Shown here piece after piece: positions 28,013-37,421 of a DNA stretch of 64,000 bases. Both the position numbers and the translations under genes were made by a program. Positions within the stretch are counted from its first letter, which is position 1. Each line of letters opens with the position of its first letter. Where the stretch lies: contig OY969616.1 in the NCBI GenBank assembly GCA_963701645.1, positions 502,463 through 566,462 of the forward strand, written 5' to 3'. The DNA is from an uncultured bacterium (lineage in GTDB: Bacteria > Babelota > Babeliae > Babelales > Vermiphilaceae). The notes under the pieces are model-generated. The model was not told the DNA's origin. It saw nothing but the letters and a program-made list of their open reading frames with translations, and ran no database searches.

Positions 28013-30517
28013 TTGCAGCAATTCTGGGAGCGCGCTGGGATCTATTTGTTTTGTTACTGTCGTAATAATGTCTTGTTTTGTCTTTTCAGGTTGCGCATTG
28101 AAAAGTTTGGCAACGTGTTCTACCAGGGATATAAAATTCTTGTCATTCCTCAGATCATTCCAGAAATGTTTTCCCATGCACATTAAAATATATTCGCAGC
28201 ATGCTTTTTGATAGACATCGGTCGTGATAGTTGGGAGTACGCGATTGATATGGGCAACAGAGCCGACTGTTAAAGAATCATCGGTGGCGGTACAGGTATG
28301 CAAGAACTCAACAAAAGCAGATGCATCTTTTTTTGCGATTAAGGCTTCATTGATTTTTTTTTCAAACAAATAAAGTATGCTATTTTCTTGCGGGGTTCGA
28401 ACGAATAATATGCAGAGAATCTCTGCCTGATTAAAGATGTTATTCATATTTGTCGACAGTGCTAAAAATAAAAATAATGGGTCGTTCAGCTGGGTCTGAA
28501 AAATTTTGTTACGCTGATAAAGCTGTTGAGCGGCATGAGGGTAGCATGCAGAAAGATTGCGAATAAGGGAATTTTTTGGCAGCAATGGAAGAATAAGATT
28601 GAGTATGTGTGCTTCTTTTTCAATGGTATTTGCCGTGATAACTTCCAGTTTTGGATGAGTGGGAGAAAAAGTGATCTCCATTTTAACCGGTATTTTATTG
28701 ACAGAACTACTCAATGCTATCAAAGGAGATTGAGTTGTGTGCAGCATTGCATCATTAACTGTTTTTATATTTTCAGATACATCAAAATCAAACACGGTGC
28801 ATAACTCTTCAAAACTGTTTATCTGGGTACCAAAAAAATAATTTATAAGGGAGACAATATTACTGGGATATCCGGCAAGCTCACCAAGGGCATAGCTACT
28901 ATCAACAAATTGGTGGGGACCAAAATTTTCCGAATATTCTTTTCCTTGAATTGGATGCAAAAAAGGCTGATCTGTATTTTTTTGTGCGGGTTGAGAATTA
29001 TCAGTTTTTATTTTGAATAAATATTTGATGCCGGGAATGTCGGACATGAGTTCTGTGAGTTCTGTATGTAAGGGGATTTTTTCTACGATTGTTGCATCGG
29101 GATAGTGTGTAAAAAATTCTTGCAGAGCAGCACCATGCAGCTTTAATATTGTTTTATCAAAAGGAATACCTTTATCATCTAAATACGTTGTTATTCTTGG
29201 TATAATCAGTGATGGAATAAAGATTGCTTGTTCAAAATTATAGGCACCAATTTTGGCTATAATAATCCGAAGAAAATTCATAAACACCGCTTCAGCGCAG
29301 TTCTGAAAACCCATATTTTTTACAGAAACTCCCTGAAATCGTATTTTAGGAGGCAAGCTGGTGCTGAGATTCCAGAGGGCTTCATAGGCAAGTTGTTCAT
29401 AATGTGTGTTGACAAAAGATTTAATTTCTTTTTTGAACTTGGGCTTCCATATTTTCCAGTGCTCACTTTTCTTTGTTATATTTTTTGTGTGATCAAGCTT
29501 TGCATTAAATAACTGCGCCGCATCTTTTTTAATAATAGAGGGATTAAACTGATTGAAATAGATAAAAAAATCGTCTTTGGTTGTTGCTTGTTCATAAAGG
29601 AGCGACAATAAAATGGTATGAGGCGTATATTTCGGATAGATTGCAGTGTCGGTATTGTGCCCAATATGTCCTGCTTCTCTGAGGGCACCTACAAGAGTTT
29701 TTGCCATTTTTGCTGCAGCTATTTTCATAAAATGCCATGATTTTTTATTTTCTTTTTCTTGAACGTTCAGTTTTTTTAATTCCTCGACCAAATTTTTCAG
29801 GTTTGTTATGTATTGTGATTTTCTGTCGGATTGTACCGATTCAAAAAGTTTTTCTATAAAACCTTCTTTTGCATCAGCCAAGCGTTGCAAGCTTCTCTTC
29901 CATTGCTGCTCAGTAAACTGGAAGTATCTTTTTTGCTGTAAAATTTTGGCTAGTGCGAGATCAGTGTCTTTTTCCATGAGGGTAAAATTATTTTTTGCTC
30001 GAATGCCCAGATCCTTAACTGCCTTTGCGATATTTTTCGTTGTTTTAGCTGCTGGTGTTGCAGAAAATATAATTTCTGCCAAAGACTTTTGCAATGTCTT
30101 TACGTGCTTTTCATCGCCCCCATCAAACTCATCTATTTTTGATAATAATTGTCCGATAATATCAGCCGTAAGATGTGTGGCGGGCTTGGTGGGGACATTT
30201 GTTCTGCCAAACTGTCCCGGAACACGATGGAAAAGGCTTAAAATGAGATGCATGGTACTGTCTGCTTTTATGATTTTTTCGACCACGTCATTGGCATCAA
30301 GTTCCACCGTTGCATTACCCCAGACATAATATTTTTCAAGAAGCCCTGATTCGATCCAAATAAAGCCATGAAAAGGAGATAAATATTTCTTTTCTTCAAT
30401 GACCGTATCATACAAACCCCGCAGATCCCGCTTGTCTGCAATGCGAGGGTTGATGACAAAAAAAAGAGAGCTCGTGATAAAAACGAGAAAAAAAATTATT
30501 TGGTGTTTTTTGATCAT
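28001..30517 (-). CDS. Giant-paralog family member 1 (838 aa, shortest), N-terminal membrane anchor
   Basis: MIKKHQIIFFLVFITSSLFFVIN anchor, then the conserved module RIADKRDLRGLYD..YVWGNATVELDAN. Conserved FQNCAEAVFMNFLR and GPHQFVD motifs. Last gene of the operon. Confidence 0.9.
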   Translation of the reverse strand: MIKKHQIIFFLVFITSSLFFVINPRIADKRDLRGLYDTVIEEKKYLSPFHGFIWIESGLLEKYYVWGNATVELDANDVVEKIIKADSTMHLILSLFHRVPGQFGRTNVPTKPATHLTADIIGQLLSKIDEFDGGDEKHVKTLQKSLAEIIFSATPAAKTTKNIAKAVKDLGIRAKNNFTLMEKDTDLALAKILQQKRYFQFTEQQWKRSLQRLADAKEGFIEKLFESVQSDRKSQYITNLKNLVEELKKLNVQEKENKKSWHFMKIAAAKMAKTLVGALREAGHIGHNTDTAIYPKYTPHTILLSLLYEQATTKDDFFIYFNQFNPSIIKKDAAQLFNAKLDHTKNITKKSEHWKIWKPKFKKEIKSFVNTHYEQLAYEALWNLSTSLPPKIRFQGVSVKNMGFQNCAEAVFMNFLRIIIAKIGAYNFEQAIFIPSLIIPRITTYLDDKGIPFDKTILKLHGAALQEFFTHYPDATIVEKIPLHTELTELMSDIPGIKYLFKIKTDNSQPAQKNTDQPFLHPIQGKEYSENFGPHQFVDSSYALGELAGYPSNIVSLINYFFGTQINSFEELCTVFDFDVSENIKTVNDAMLHTTQSPLIALSSSVNKIPVKMEITFSPTHPKLEVITANTIEKEAHILNLILPLLPKNSLIRNLSACYPHAAQQLYQRNKIFQTQLNDPLFLFLALSTNMNNIFNQAEILCILFVRTPQENSILYLFEKKINEALIAKKDASAFVEFLHTCTATDDSLTVGSVAHINRVLPTITTDVYQKACCEYILMCMGKHFWNDLRNDKNFISLVEHVAKLFNAQPEKTKQDIITTVTKQIDPSALPELLQLLF

Positions 30518-30524
30518 AATTATC

Positions 30525-33500
30525 CTACGATTCCAACGCTTTTTTTACGGCTCTTAAAATTGGTTCTTTCTTTTTTTCCAAAAGCTTCTTTTCTGTGCGC
30601 AATGTTTTAAGATCATAATTTGTAGGATCTTCTGCCTCAAGCTTTTCAATTTTTTCTTTGCGAATCTGTATTTGTGTATAGAACAAATTTGATAGCGGGT
30701 TAAGAGATTCATATAATTGGGAATTGGTCATTTTTGTAGCAATAATTCTGTGCATTTTTACTAATATGTTTTCATATGGTTTTGTAATACAAAATGTAAA
30801 AAATGAGGTGAGGCAAGTTTTGATAAGCGGTGTAGTTTGTGCATCAAGACTTTCTGCTTTATTATAAAATGAAAGCATATTATCTATTATGTTGGCGTAA
30901 CAATTTTGAAAGGCTCTGATATCCTCCGATTCCCTTATTAAATCTGTCAATGTCTTGCTTGTATCAGTTGCAAGAAATTTTTCTATACCGCTTGCAAAAA
31001 ATGTTTTTATAAAAGGGAAAAATAGAGTTTTTTGATATTCTATAATTTCTTTTGTCGCTGAAATAATAGTATGGGCAAGAAATTCTGACATGTCCGGTTC
31101 ACTGAGATATGTGGTGATGTATTGTACATTAAATAATTTATTTGCAATCTCTTCTGTGATGGAATATAACGATGTTCCTGGTGTAATATTTTTGTTAATG
31201 AGTTTTAATAATAATATGCCTGCATCGTGAAAAGATCCGAAATCTTCCATGAATTTTGATTGATGAAGGAGTGTAAAGAGTAATGGAAATAAGAAGGAAG
31301 CATCAGCCTCTATAATTTCAGTTTCAGTACTCCATGCATTATGTTTAAACATATTACTGAGAATAGATTGTATTTTTTTTTCTTTTTCTTCTGGAGTGAA
31401 AAAATCAGTTTTTGTGTGGTGTAGTACTTGCAAATAGTTTACTTTATTAGTGCGAGGAAAAAGTTCTCCTTCCAGTGCTAATTTTAAACAAGGAATAAGT
31501 GAATCAGGTATTGTTTGCAATTCAGAACTTGTCAAACTTTCAATGATAATAGCTTGTTGTACGTCTATAGGTTGGCTATTAAGCCATGTAGTAACGGTAT
31601 CAAGAATAGAAACAAAGTGAGAGTCGGTAGCAAACTGTTCCCAATGGTGGTTAACAATAAATTTTAATACATCTGGATAAACGAGCCCTTTTAAAGTTTG
31701 CTTTTTCTTTGAATCTGGTGGGAAACAAGAAAGTAATTTTTCCATGAGCGTGAGTGAATGCTCGCTCAAAATGTGTTCTTTTTTTGCAAAAGCACTTATT
31801 ATTTCTCCGATAAGATAGAGATTTGGTGAGACTATAAATGAAGCAAGCATTTTTTCTGATGTGACGTTTAAAAATTTATTCGGTTCAAATTCATTATGCA
31901 TGATTGATGTGTAAAGAAATTCTCCCTGTACTTTAGATTTCTTGATGTTACTTGATAAAGCAACAAATAAAAGATAAGCACTATCCAAAACTGTTTTGCT
32001 TACATTAAGGCGAATTTCAATTTGTTCCTTGGCATACGGGTAACAAGCGGTAAGATTTTGTATGGAAATATCTGAGGTAATCAAGGGAAGAAGATGATCT
32101 AACATTGGTTCATGTCGATCGAATGATTTATTGGTATCGACAAATTCTAAATTGGTATGACCTGTTGACAAAGAAATGGTAAGTGTTATAGGGGTATTAT
32201 TTATGATGCTGTGCATTGTTACCTTGGGAACTTTTTCTATATTCTGTTCAAAATAAGTGACCCATATATTTTTATCATCTGCTATTTGTACATCTCCGGT
32301 AAGGGCAAAATCAAAAGCGGTACACAGTTCTGAAAAGGAGGTAAAATTAGTACCAAAAAAATGATTTACTATAGTGATAAAACTGCTCGGATATCCTGCA
32401 AGTTCAAACAATGTATACTGATCATCAACAAGCTCATGATTGCCAAATTCTTCACCGTATGTTTTACCAGGAAGGGGATGCAACATGGGCTCCCTACTAT
32501 CCTTATATGCTGGTGCAGAACCATCATTTTTTATTTTTTGTAAATATTTAATACCCGGCAAGTCTGAAGAAATATCTGTCAATGTTTGGTTAATGGAAAA
32601 ACCATCAACGATTGTGGCATTACTGTATTTTTGTAAAAAATTTTGGAAAGGGAGAATATTTTCTTGCATTTTTGCTGCATTAAAGGGAATATTATTGGTA
32701 GTGAAAAATTGACTAATTTTTGAGGGAAGATCATCGGCGATAAAGAGAGATTTGCTAAAATCATATGCTCCCATTTTTGCCACAAGAACTCGAAGCAAGG
32801 TCATGATCGTTGCTTCTCCACAGTCAATAAATTCGCAACCCTTAATAGATACCCTGCTGTCTCGTATTTTAGGAGGCAAAAGTGATCCAAGGTTATAAAT
32901 AGCTTCATAGGCAAGTTGTTCAAATTGATACATAATATATGATTCTATATTGTTCCGCATACCTCTTGCCTGGCTTGTAATATCCAATGTATGATCAAGC
33001 TGTCCTTCAAAATAACCTTCTTCAGGGTGTATAATGGCGGGAGAAAATTGTTTGAAATATATAAGAAAATCATCTTTTCTAGCTGCTGCATCATATAAAA
33101 AGGAAAGTAAAATCATCTGTGTTGTGTAGGGAGGATAGCTTGGATCTTTTTGACTCGTGCGGATAATGCTGCCACATTCTTTGAGAGATTCGACCATATA
33201 TTTTGCAATGTTAGTTACCGACGATTTTAAAACGTTGAACTCTTTTGTTATAGAATCTAGTGAAGCTGTACTGTTTTTAAAATTTTCAACATATTCGGCA
33301 ACAAGGTTGGCAAGCTGTTCCTTGTCTTCTGCGGTGATAGAATCAAATAATTTTCTTATCTGTTCATTGCTGAGTTTGCTCAGATTTTGCAAACTTTTTT
33401 TCCACTGAGATTTGGTGAAATTGAAATATTGTTTAGTTTTTTTATTATTTTGTAGCTGTTGGATTGAGGGGTTTTGGAGAAGTTGCATTGTTTTATTGGC

Positions 33501-34013
33501 TATATCGACCAATATTTTTTCGCTATTCTGCATGCTATGTGCTGTGGGCAAAATATTCATAAAAATTGTGACCAGCTCTTTTTGCAATGCCGCCGCTTCT
33601 TTTTCTGTTTTCCCCTCATAGCGGTCAATGGCGGCAACCATTTTGCCAATGCTTTCAGGCGTGAGATAGCTTGCAGGGTTATTTTTTAATGTTGTTCTGC
33701 CAAACTGCCCCGGAACACGATGGAAAAGGCTTAAAATGAGACGCATGGTATTATCGGCGCTGATTACTTTTTTGACTACGCCATTAGCATCAAGTTCCAC
33801 CGTTGCATTACCCCAGACATAATATTTTTCAAGAAGCCCTGATTCTACCCAGATAAAACCATGAAAAGGGGACAGATACTTTTTTTCTTCAATGACTGCA
33901 TCATACAAACCCCGCAAATCCCGCTTATCTGCAATGCGGGACGAGAGGGGTGAGATAATGGTGATGAGAGAAAGGAATAAAAAAAATGTATATATATGTT
34001 TTGTGAATATCAT
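30525..34013 (-). CDS. Giant-paralog family member 2 (1162 aa)
   Basis: Same N-terminal module. FIDCGEATIMTLLR and GNHELVD motifs. Its stop lies 7 nt before the member 1 start. Confidence 0.9.
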   Translation of the reverse strand: MIFTKHIYTFFLFLSLITIISPLSSRIADKRDLRGLYDAVIEEKKYLSPFHGFIWVESGLLEKYYVWGNATVELDANGVVKKVISADNTMRLILSLFHRVPGQFGRTTLKNNPASYLTPESIGKMVAAIDRYEGKTEKEAAALQKELVTIFMNILPTAHSMQNSEKILVDIANKTMQLLQNPSIQQLQNNKKTKQYFNFTKSQWKKSLQNLSKLSNEQIRKLFDSITAEDKEQLANLVAEYVENFKNSTASLDSITKEFNVLKSSVTNIAKYMVESLKECGSIIRTSQKDPSYPPYTTQMILLSFLYDAAARKDDFLIYFKQFSPAIIHPEEGYFEGQLDHTLDITSQARGMRNNIESYIMYQFEQLAYEAIYNLGSLLPPKIRDSRVSIKGCEFIDCGEATIMTLLRVLVAKMGAYDFSKSLFIADDLPSKISQFFTTNNIPFNAAKMQENILPFQNFLQKYSNATIVDGFSINQTLTDISSDLPGIKYLQKIKNDGSAPAYKDSREPMLHPLPGKTYGEEFGNHELVDDQYTLFELAGYPSSFITIVNHFFGTNFTSFSELCTAFDFALTGDVQIADDKNIWVTYFEQNIEKVPKVTMHSIINNTPITLTISLSTGHTNLEFVDTNKSFDRHEPMLDHLLPLITSDISIQNLTACYPYAKEQIEIRLNVSKTVLDSAYLLFVALSSNIKKSKVQGEFLYTSIMHNEFEPNKFLNVTSEKMLASFIVSPNLYLIGEIISAFAKKEHILSEHSLTLMEKLLSCFPPDSKKKQTLKGLVYPDVLKFIVNHHWEQFATDSHFVSILDTVTTWLNSQPIDVQQAIIIESLTSSELQTIPDSLIPCLKLALEGELFPRTNKVNYLQVLHHTKTDFFTPEEKEKKIQSILSNMFKHNAWSTETEIIEADASFLFPLLFTLLHQSKFMEDFGSFHDAGILLLKLINKNITPGTSLYSITEEIANKLFNVQYITTYLSEPDMSEFLAHTIISATKEIIEYQKTLFFPFIKTFFASGIEKFLATDTSKTLTDLIRESEDIRAFQNCYANIIDNMLSFYNKAESLDAQTTPLIKTCLTSFFTFCITKPYENILVKMHRIIATKMTNSQLYESLNPLSNLFYTQIQIRKEKIEKLEAEDPTNYDLKTLRTEKKLLEKKKEPILRAVKKALES
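31405..31864. repeat. 460-nt block identical (1 mismatch at 31800) to 38323-38782
   Basis: Line-by-line comparison of member 2 and member 4 DNA, offset 6918. Confidence 0.9.
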
Positions 34014-34015
34014 AA

Positions 34016-37000
34016 TTATTCTCCTGTTATTTTTTTGACAGCACTGAGTATGGACTGTTTATCATTTTCTAAATCATTTTTTCTATCGAAAAAACGACGG
34101 AGGTCGGGATTATCGGGATCTTCTTTTTCAAGAGTATTAATTTTTTCTGTATAGAGTTGTAATTGTGTCTCAATTAAGTTGGGCAAGACTTTAAAACATT
34201 CATACAGTTGGGGATCTGCTATTTCGATATTGAGAATATCTTGCAATTTTGGCGCAACAGATGAGTTGTATTGTGTAATACAAGATGTCAAAAAGGATGT
34301 CAGGCATGTTTTGATAAATGGCAGAGTAAGTTCATCGATGTTTTCTGCCTCATTATAGAAAAGTAACATTTGCTCCACTACAGTAGCATAAAATAATAGA
34401 AAATCGACAGATTCTTGGTCATCAAAGATGGAGCTTTCTAAGAAAAATTTTTCTATAAAAGAATAACATATCGTTTTTTGATTGACTGCGATATCACCTA
34501 TAAGAAATGTTAAATAATCGAGAAGAGATGGAATGTCTTTGCTATTTAAATGGGTACGAATGTATCGTATATTAAATATCTTGCTCGCTACATTTTCGGT
34601 TATGGCATAGAGAGGTGTTCCTGGAATTATGTCTTCATTAAGAAGTTCGTTTAATAGTTCTATTCCATCATTTGCAAAAGCGATAGGACCTTTTGGTTCT
34701 GCTGTATTCATTTTTTTGATTAAAAAAGGGAAAAGAAAAGAAAGACCTTGTTCTACAATATTCTTTGCAGTTTCCCATATACTTTTTTCGGGGAAAATTT
34801 TAGACTCAAAAGGCTGTATAATTTTTTCTTTTTCTTCTTCTGTGAAAATAGTACCAGTATTATCTACTACCCTTATATAAGATATGATTCCAGCGTACTC
34901 TTGGGTCAAGGGACCATGATTGATTGATGCTTTTATGATGGGAATTAAGGTATCAGGTATTGCTTGTGGGGAAAATGTTTTTAGTACATTAAAGATAATG
35001 TTCTGTTGCATATCAATTCTTTGCTTTGACAGCCATGTGTTAATGGTATCAAGGATAGTGATAAATTCAGAATTAGTAGCAAATTTTTCCCAATTATTCT
35101 TAAAGATAATTTTTAATATTTTTTCATACGCGTTTTCCTTTTGTATATCTGATGTAATACAAGAAAGGAATTTATGCATTAAAGCAAAAGTATGAGTGCT
35201 TAACTGTTTCAGGTCAAAAAAATTGGTTAAAAAATAAACTGACAGATTTTCATCATTTTTTGATACGACCATATTTACAATTTTTTCTGTTACGCTATAC
35301 AAAGGTTTGGTTGGTTCAAATTGGTTTTTACTGATTAATTTGTCAAGAAGATAAAACAGAGATTTACTAATGTTGCCTGATAAAGCAAAAAATGGAAGAT
35401 ATGCATCGTCTGATAAATTACTTAAGTAAATGCGCTCTTCCGTGCCTTGTTTTGCACGGGGATAGCATGCGCTTAAATTTCTCATGGAAAGTTCTGATGC
35501 ATGGGGGAGTATTACAATCAATATAGATTCATCTTTTTTGGGAGATTCACCAGCTTCATTTAAAAGCTCTATCGCATTATGTCTCGTAGAAAAAGAAAGT
35601 GTGAATGTTATGGGTATTTTATTGATAATTGTTTTTATCGTTATAAACCAAGTTTTATGGATGTTGTTTCTATAAAACTCTTCCCATATTTTTTTGTCAT
35701 TCCCTGTGTCAAGATTTCCTGAACCAGTACAGTCAAAAACAGTACATAATTCTTCAAAAGATGTTATGTGAGTACCAAAAAAATGATTCACCATAGCAAT
35801 ATAACTGCTTGGATATGGAGCAAGTTCAAAAAGTGTATAACTATCATCAACAAGTTCATGAGGGCCAAAATCTTCTCCATATGCTGTATTGGCAACAGGG
35901 TGAATTACTGGTATTTTGTTATCCCTGACTGCCGCACTAGAAAGATCATTTTTTATTTTTTGTAAATATTTGATTCCCGGTATATTGGTAAAAATATCAG
36001 TCAATGCTTGGGACATTTTTGTATCAGATACAATAGTAGCATCACTGTATTTTTTAAAAAATTCTTGCAGAGAAGCAATGTTTTTTTGCATCAAATCTTG
36101 ATTAAATGGAACATGTTGCTCGTGAAAAAACTTTGTAATTTTTGATGGTATTGCATTTGCATCAAACAGGGTAGTTTCAAAATTGTATGCTCCTATTTTT
36201 GCCATAATAATGCGAAAAAATGACATAAGGGCTATTTCTGTGCAGTTACTAAATTTAATATTTTTGATAAAAATAGGATCATCTGTAAAAGATATTTTGG
36301 GTGGCAAGGATGATGCAAGATTATAAATGGCTTCATAAGCAATTTGTTCAAAATGAGTATTAATAAAATAAAGTTGGTGTTCGGGATCGGGATTTTTTTC
36401 TACATTGAGTCTATAATCTAATTTTCCTTCAAAAAGTTGTTCGCTATTTTCTTGTAAAATTGAAGGATCAAATTGCTTGAAATATATCATAAAATCATCT
36501 TTTGTTTTTGCTTTTTCATACAGCAAAGAAAGTAAGATCATGTGTGTTGTATAAGAGGGATAAATTGGCTCATAGTTTGTTGGAATGAATCCACATTCTT
36601 TGAGTGATTCGACAATCATTTTGCTTACTTTTGGAACAGCAAGCCGCAATGCTTTAGATTGCTTTTTACTCTTTTCTTCCTCTATAGCTGTTTTGAAGTC
36701 GCCAACAAGGCTGATAATTTTGTCTCTATAGAGTTCCTTTTCTGTATCCTGTCTTTCTTCAAATAATTGGCGTATGTTTTTGTCAGGTAATGCGCTTAAT
36801 TTTTGCATACTATTTTTCCAATTTTTTGGTGTAAAATTAAAAAATTGTTTTGTTTTTTTATTTTGCTGCAGTTTTTTTATGTAAGGAATTTGGTCAAGCA
36901 ATATGAGTTCTTTACGAATGGCCTCCATTTTTGGCTCAAAGACGCCCATAAGAATATCTTGGATTTCCTGTTCCAGCATGGGGCCTCTTGCTTTTTCTGG

Positions 37001-37414
37001 ATTTTCTTCTATGAGCGTTTCTGTCCGATCTATAGCGGCAACTATTTTTCCGATAACTTCAGGTGTAAAGTAAGTGGCAGGATTGGTTTTTGTTGTTGTT
37101 GGACCGAATTGGCCAGGAAGACGATAGAAAAAATTTAAAATGCAGAGCATAGTATTGTCTGCTTTTATGATTTTTTCGACTACCCCATTCGCATCAAGTT
37201 CCACCGTTGCATTGCCCCAGACATAATATTTTTCAAGAAGCCCTGATTCTACCCAGATAAAACCATGAAAAGGGGATAAATATTTCTTTTTTTCAATGAC
37301 TGCATCATACAAACCCCGCAAATCCCGCTTATCTGCAATGCGAGAGTTGATGACAAAAAAAAGAGAGCTCGTGATGAAAACGAGAAAAAAGATTATTTGG
37401 TGCTTTTTGGTCAT
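34016..37414 (-). CDS. Giant-paralog family member 3 (1132 aa)
   Basis: Its anchor is almost identical to member 1. FSNCTEIALMSFFR and GPHELVD motifs. Its stop lies 2 nt before the member 2 start. Confidence 0.9.
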   Translation of the reverse strand: MTKKHQIIFFLVFITSSLFFVINSRIADKRDLRGLYDAVIEKKKYLSPFHGFIWVESGLLEKYYVWGNATVELDANGVVEKIIKADNTMLCILNFFYRLPGQFGPTTTKTNPATYFTPEVIGKIVAAIDRTETLIEENPEKARGPMLEQEIQDILMGVFEPKMEAIRKELILLDQIPYIKKLQQNKKTKQFFNFTPKNWKNSMQKLSALPDKNIRQLFEERQDTEKELYRDKIISLVGDFKTAIEEEKSKKQSKALRLAVPKVSKMIVESLKECGFIPTNYEPIYPSYTTHMILLSLLYEKAKTKDDFMIYFKQFDPSILQENSEQLFEGKLDYRLNVEKNPDPEHQLYFINTHFEQIAYEAIYNLASSLPPKISFTDDPIFIKNIKFSNCTEIALMSFFRIIMAKIGAYNFETTLFDANAIPSKITKFFHEQHVPFNQDLMQKNIASLQEFFKKYSDATIVSDTKMSQALTDIFTNIPGIKYLQKIKNDLSSAAVRDNKIPVIHPVANTAYGEDFGPHELVDDSYTLFELAPYPSSYIAMVNHFFGTHITSFEELCTVFDCTGSGNLDTGNDKKIWEEFYRNNIHKTWFITIKTIINKIPITFTLSFSTRHNAIELLNEAGESPKKDESILIVILPHASELSMRNLSACYPRAKQGTEERIYLSNLSDDAYLPFFALSGNISKSLFYLLDKLISKNQFEPTKPLYSVTEKIVNMVVSKNDENLSVYFLTNFFDLKQLSTHTFALMHKFLSCITSDIQKENAYEKILKIIFKNNWEKFATNSEFITILDTINTWLSKQRIDMQQNIIFNVLKTFSPQAIPDTLIPIIKASINHGPLTQEYAGIISYIRVVDNTGTIFTEEEKEKIIQPFESKIFPEKSIWETAKNIVEQGLSFLFPFLIKKMNTAEPKGPIAFANDGIELLNELLNEDIIPGTPLYAITENVASKIFNIRYIRTHLNSKDIPSLLDYLTFLIGDIAVNQKTICYSFIEKFFLESSIFDDQESVDFLLFYATVVEQMLLFYNEAENIDELTLPFIKTCLTSFLTSCITQYNSSVAPKLQDILNIEIADPQLYECFKVLPNLIETQLQLYTEKINTLEKEDPDNPDLRRFFDRKNDLENDKQSILSAVKKITGE
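35575..35830. repeat. 256-nt block identical to 39071-39326
   Basis: Member 3 compared with member 4, offset 3496. Confidence 0.9.
36532..37276. repeat. 745-nt block identical to 40046-40790
   Basis: Member 3 compared with member 4, offset 3514. The identical spurious antisense ORFs at 36803..37138 and 40317..40652 are a by-product. Confidence 0.92.
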
Positions 37415-37421
37415 AATTATC

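Noticed and set aside
30450-30462. A8/T8 homopolymer tracts near the 5' ends of surface-protein genes (also near 3461-3470, 33980-33990 and 37355-37365) as slipped-strand phase-variation switches
   Set aside because: Runs of 8 A/T are expected from Lys/Phe codons in an AT-rich genome. They are not longer than tracts seen in housekeeping genes and intergenic DNA here. There is no evidence of frame-shifted copies.
36803-37138. Identical 111-aa plus-strand ORFs at 36803..37138 and 40317..40652 (also 35768..35965 and 39264..39461)
   Set aside because: They lie antisense inside the giant paralog genes. Their identity is simply a consequence of the duplicated sense-strand blocks. They have no RBS and a Phe/Cys/Ile-rich composition typical of antisense frames in AT-rich DNA.
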